A stretch of DNA of 63,933 nt, the filler included, from Chrysochromulina tobinii (Eukaryota): NCBI GenBank assembly GCA_001275005.1. It is 6 parts of 6 records of this genome, joined end to end, with 100 filler letters (N's around TTAATTAATTAA, not from the genome) between each part and the next. Parts side by side here need not be neighbours in the genome. Positions count along the whole stretch, not along the records: positions 59,110 to 63,933 come from JWZX01001019.1; 5 more parts are not named here. One strand, given 5' to 3'. This document shows, piece by piece, positions 59,708 through 63,933 of this stretch. The notes under the pieces were generated by a model. That model saw only the letters and a program-made list of their open reading frames with translations, was not told the DNA's origin and did no database searches. The first letter of the stretch is position 1; the number at the start of each line of letters is the position of its first letter. The position numbers and the translations under genes are program-made.

Positions 59708-61898
59708 ATGGCATCGCTCATGGCATGGCACCGTCGTTTCGCCAAGTCTCCTTGCTCTCGGCCACATCGGCCTCGAGAGGAGCAGGGCGTGCGCGGAGCC
59801 CTCACTCTCCTTGCATGGTGCACCATGCTGCCCTGCACCGAGACCAGCGAGACAACGGTGTTCACCAGCTCTGGCCTGACCAGCGCACTCGACAACTATG
59901 CTGTCAGCCGCATCGTCCTTTCCTCCGGCACCTACAACCTCATCGCCGAGCTCAGCATCTACAGGAGCGTCATCCTTGAGGCGGCGGTGGCAGGTTCGGT
60001 CACCCTGAAGGCACAAGCGAGCTCCTCAAGTCCGCGCCGTGTGCTGATGATCGACCTGGGCTCACCATCGGGCTTCGTGCAGCTGATCGGGCTCAACATC
60101 ACAGGAGGCTACGTCAACCCTGTGCGTGCTCATGTTCAAAAGATACCATCGCCCCGATGGAAAAATTGCTGACGTGCTTGCCTCTTGCCTCGACTCTCGC
60201 CTTGCAGACCAGCGCTTGGAGACCCTCAGACCAGCGCGATGAGGCTCGTCGTGGATATGTGTGTGCCGAGACCTGTAATTTCCCATCGCTTGGAGACTCA
60301 CGTTGATCTGCTTGTTGTTTGCAGGGTGGCGGTGTCTTTGTCGGGCAAGGCACAGTGACCATCTCATCGTGCAACATCAGCGGGAACTCAGGTGGTTATG
60401 TACGTGCTCATGCTCAAAAGTGCCCATCGCCCCGATAGGAGACTGACGTTTTGCTCGTTGTTTGCAGGGTGGTGGTATCGCAGTCTTCGGACCGGGCACA
60501 CTTTCAATCGAAAAATCCAAAGTGTATTCCAACCAAGCTACCAATGTGAGCACTCGTCTTCAAAAGCTCCCATGGCCCCAATGGGATGATTGCTGATGTG
60601 CTCGCCTCGACTCACACTTGCACAATTGCGAACGCTTCGGTCAACAGACGTACGTGCCACGGAGACCTTGAAAAGTTCCCATCGCCCTCGTGGGATGCCT
60701 TGCTTTTGTGACCTCCACTGTGAGCTTCGCTCCCCTCTCCTCGCCCAGGGGGCCCAATGTCTACGTTAGCAGCGGAGGAACGGTCTGCTCCTGGGCAACG
60801 ACCCTAACAGAAGTCTTCACAGAAGTCGATGGCTCAGTCGATGACTTCTCGACTTGCGGGCCCGTCGCAGGCGTCGTCGTCGGCGTCGTCGTCGGCGTGA
60901 TCATCGCCCTCGCCATGGTCATCCAGCACCTTCGTCGCCGCGATATGTGCTCCAACCCTAACCCGAACCCTAACCAGGCGGCGGAGATTCGCTTGACGGA
61001 GATTCGCTTCGCCGAGGCGGCGGCGGCGGCCGAGGCGGCGGCGGCGGCGGCCGAGGCGGCGCGGCTGGCGGACGAGGAAGCGAAGGCCGCGGCCGACAAG
61101 GCCGCGAAGGCCAAGGCCGCGAAGGCCGCGAAGGCCGCGAAGGCCGCGGCCGACAAGGCCGAGGCCAAGAAGGAGGCAGCCGCGGAGCTAGAGAGCGCGG
61201 CCAAGCAGGCACGCATCACCGACATCGCCGACGAGCCGTTAGAGCTCATGGGGCCGATCATGGGGGTGATGAAGAGCGTGCGCTTGTCGCTGATGGACGC
61301 GGCGGCAGCGAGCGGCGTCGAAGACATCGACGGGCACGCCTTTATGGCGAGTGAGGCGGGGGCGCAGCTTGCCGCGGCCGATCCGCACGGCCTGGACGCG
61401 GACGAGGTGGGCGCGCTGTGGCTGTACACAGCAGAGAGCGACTTCTACCCGACGCTCAACCGGCTGCTGCGCACACGTGACCGCTCCGCCCTCAAGCCCT
61501 TCTTCCCGTACCTGCAGCTGATGCTGACGGCGCGCAGCAAGCTGCCCAAGTACAACGGCTCCGTCTGGCGCGGTGTCAAGGGCATCGACCTGCGCGCCAA
61601 GTACCCCAAGGACAAGGATGTCTGGTGGTGGGCCTTCTCCTCGACCACCAAGCAGCTGGAGACGCTGACGAACCCGCAGTTCCTGGGCACCAGCGGCGTG
61701 CGCACGGTCTTCATGATCGAGATCTTGCACGGCGTCGACCTTCAGCGCTACTCAGCGTTCCAGGGCGTAGCGAGCGAGGCGGAGGTCCTGCTCTACCCAG
61801 GCACGAAGCTCAAGGTGGTCGGCTCAATGGAGATGGGTGGCGGCCTCTTCCAGGTGCATCTGAGGGAGGTGCCACTCACCGTCGCCGTCTTCAAGTGA
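59708..61898 (+). CDS. transmembrane receptor-like mono-ADP-ribosyltransferase (beta-helix-like ectodomain, TM, coiled coil, R-S-E ART); exons 59708-60121, 60208-60258, 60325-60399, 60468-60545, 60648-60649, 60749-61898
   Basis: GLNITGG, GGGVFV..ISGN and GGGIAV..YSNQA repeats; TM VAGVVVGVVVGVIIALAMVI; LYT, VWRG, WWAFSSTT, SEAEVLL. Confidence 0.85.
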
Positions 61899-62024
61899 GC
61901 GACGCTCAAGCACCTGCCCGTCGCCGTCCCAAGTGAGCGACGCTCAAGCACCTGCCGGCGCCTGTGCTGACGGCGGGGGCCCCATCCATGGCGCATGCCG
62001 AGGGGCGGCCGCGTGTGGGGTTGT

Positions 62025-62737
62025 TATGGCCACACTAGTAATCAGCCGCCATCAACCGCCATCAGTCGCCATCAGTCGTAATCAACGCCCATCGAACTTA
62101 CCCGTCGCGACCACGTGCGGCGTGGGCAGTCGGCACCCACACGACTTCTTATGCGCGCAGGGCTCCTTCCAGGATTCCACCTGGCACGCGCGGCTGCAGT
62201 AGCGCGTCTCGCCACACTTGGCACAGCATTTGAATGCGTCCCCTTCCTTCGGCTCGGCGCCACAGAGCGAGCAGCATCGGTGCAGCCGGGGAAAGCTCGT
62301 CTGGTCCGCCGCTTGCGCCTCGAGCGCTGCCTCATGCTCTTCATCACGCGCCTCGGCGCGGATCTTGACCTTGTTCACCTGATGAGGCATGCAATCAGTG
62401 GCTGATGAGGCATGCGATCAGGCGCGGATCTTGACCTTGTTCACCTGATGAGAGAGGCGATCAGAGGTCATCAGAGGTCGTCAGAGGCACTCAGAGGTAC
62501 TCGGATGTAATCGGAAGTCATCATGGGTCATCAGGGACCATCAAGAGTCCATCAGAGGCCATCAGTACTCATCAGAGGCCATGAGTGGTAATTAGTGTAC
62601 CTTAATGCCCCGTTTGATTCCGGTCGGGCGCTTCGTGTCCGGCGCCGTCGCCTGGCTCGCCTCTGCTCGCTTCTGATTCTCAGCGATGGCCGCCTCCAGC
62701 AGCGCATCCTCATTGAGCTGTGCCGCCGCGCGCCGCT

Positions 62738-62772
<35 letters not shown>

Positions 62773-63345
62773 GTCCTTCTTCTTCCCTTTTTTAGGAGTC
62801 GCGTCCTCCGCCTCCTCCTCTGCCCTCGCCGCGGCAAGCGGAGCAGGCGGAGGTGTGTCGCCACCTTCCGTATTAGGATGGGTGGGTTCGTCACCACCAG
62901 CCTCGTCGGCGTCCTCAGTGGGCTTCTTCTTCTTCTTCTTCTTCTTCTTCGAAAAGTCGACCATGGGCTCCTCCACAGTCGCTGTGGTCGCCGTCTCGAC
63001 CGCCGAGCTCGACCTCTCAACCTCGGCGACGACGGGGGTTTCGGGCGCGGCTGTGCTCTGCTCCTCCGAGATGACACCAGCCCCAGTGGAAGGCTCCGCC
63101 TTGACAGCCACCGCTGGGGCTGGGGCTAGGACTGGTGCTTCCACAGCCGGTGCAGCCGCGGGCGCACTGGCAAACGACTCCGGGCGCGCCTCGGTCGGTT
63201 GCTCCTCTGCCTTCTTTGGGAGCGGCATACTGAGTGCCTGTGCGACGCTGTCGAATGCCTTGCCGATCTCGTCGCCACTCTGCTTGAAGAACTGCTCTGA
63301 GCCCTTCAAGAAGGCCTGAAATGGGTCGAGTTCGGCGGGTGGCAT
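62025..63345 (-). CDS. MYND zinc-finger protein with low-complexity N-terminus; intron 62379-62600; apparent frameshift near 62730; 3' end uncertain
   Basis: CSLC..CAKC..YCSRACQVESW..HKKSC; GIK|VNK splice is in frame. Confidence 0.7.
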
Positions 63346-63732
63346 GTTGCAAGGCCTCCCAAGAATTATGAGGGGACCTCCGCGGTTGTCAGTCCATAGA
63401 TGAGCAGAGGGTCCACGTCGACGGCGACAGAAAGCTCCGGACCTGTGAACCGCGCTGTGACATGTTTTTCAGGCCGTGTAAATCTGCTGACACTTATGAA
63501 GCAAATCCCGTGTGTTGGGCTCTGCTGCCCTCCTATGAGCGAAAAGAGCTCACTGTCGCCATCTCATCGACCCACGACCCGGCGTCCTCTTTTAGCCAGT
63601 GACACGGTAGTAAAAGTGCGGAGCGCCGGCGTGAGCGCGGAGGCGGCTTCCCTCGCTCCGCGCTAATCGCCCCATTTGCTTCGTCAATCGCTCGTGCGGA
63701 CGGTCGCGCAACATCCGCGCCCTCACACTGTC

Positions 63733-63933
63733 GAGGCGGTTCCCACAGAGGCGGTTCCCACAGAGGCAGTTCCCACAGAGGCAGTTCCCGACAGAGGCAG
63801 TTCCCACAGAGGCGGTTCCCACAGAGGCAGTTCCCACAGAGGCAGTTCCCACAGAGGCGGTTCCCACAGAGGCAGTTCCCACAGAGGCGGTTCCCACAGA
63901 GGCAGTTCCCACAGAGGCGGTTCCCACAGAGGC
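63733..63933. repeat. 15-nt minisatellite (GAGGCRGTTCCCACA)n
   Basis: about 13 copies; same unit and orientation as 59110-59276. Confidence 0.95.

Noticed and set aside
60947..60977. 31-nt GT..AG candidate intron
   Set aside because: Removal would shift the frame between the TM and ART domains, whereas read-through is open.
62710..62775. Frameshift in the MYND gene as programmed recoding
   Set aside because: It lies in a GCC microsatellite, so sequencing or assembly error (or decay) is more likely; no slippery site is evident.
62925..62965. DFSKKKKKKKKK resembling eIF2-beta lysine boxes
   Set aside because: No eIF2-beta core or zinc ribbon follows; low-complexity similarity only.

Overview
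GC-rich, intron-containing eukaryotic nuclear DNA. Gene content, GC donors and intron style suggest a haptophyte alga (Chrysochromulina-like; inference). Five 100-nt N-spacers each contain TTAATTAATTAA, so the window is six contigs joined by artificial linkers and adjacency across gaps is not evidence of linkage. It holds about 28 protein genes (eIF2-alpha kinase, RNA methyltransferase, degenerate REV1, SDR, rhomboid, carrier, truncated VPS18, WD40, phospholipase B, PP2C, JmjC, LVIVD, U-box/dynamin, TPR, ankyrin, EF-hand, PRMT-like, PKD channel, SET, WW-LRR-Rab fusion, C-type lectin, receptor-type ADP-ribosyltransferase, MYND) and an intron-containing tRNA-Tyr. The strongest signal is about 20 spliceosomal introns in unrelated genes that are built from a 10-40 nt copy of the flanking exon (usually supplying one splice site) plus one of two shared short modules, which suggests a recent intron-generating process. 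Other highlights are one-repeat-per-exon hypervariable propeller genes (WD40 x7, LVIVD 2x7) and a transmembrane receptor with a cytoplasmic R-S-E ADP-ribosyltransferase and a predicted 2-nt micro-exon. All splice models were read by eye and are unverified.
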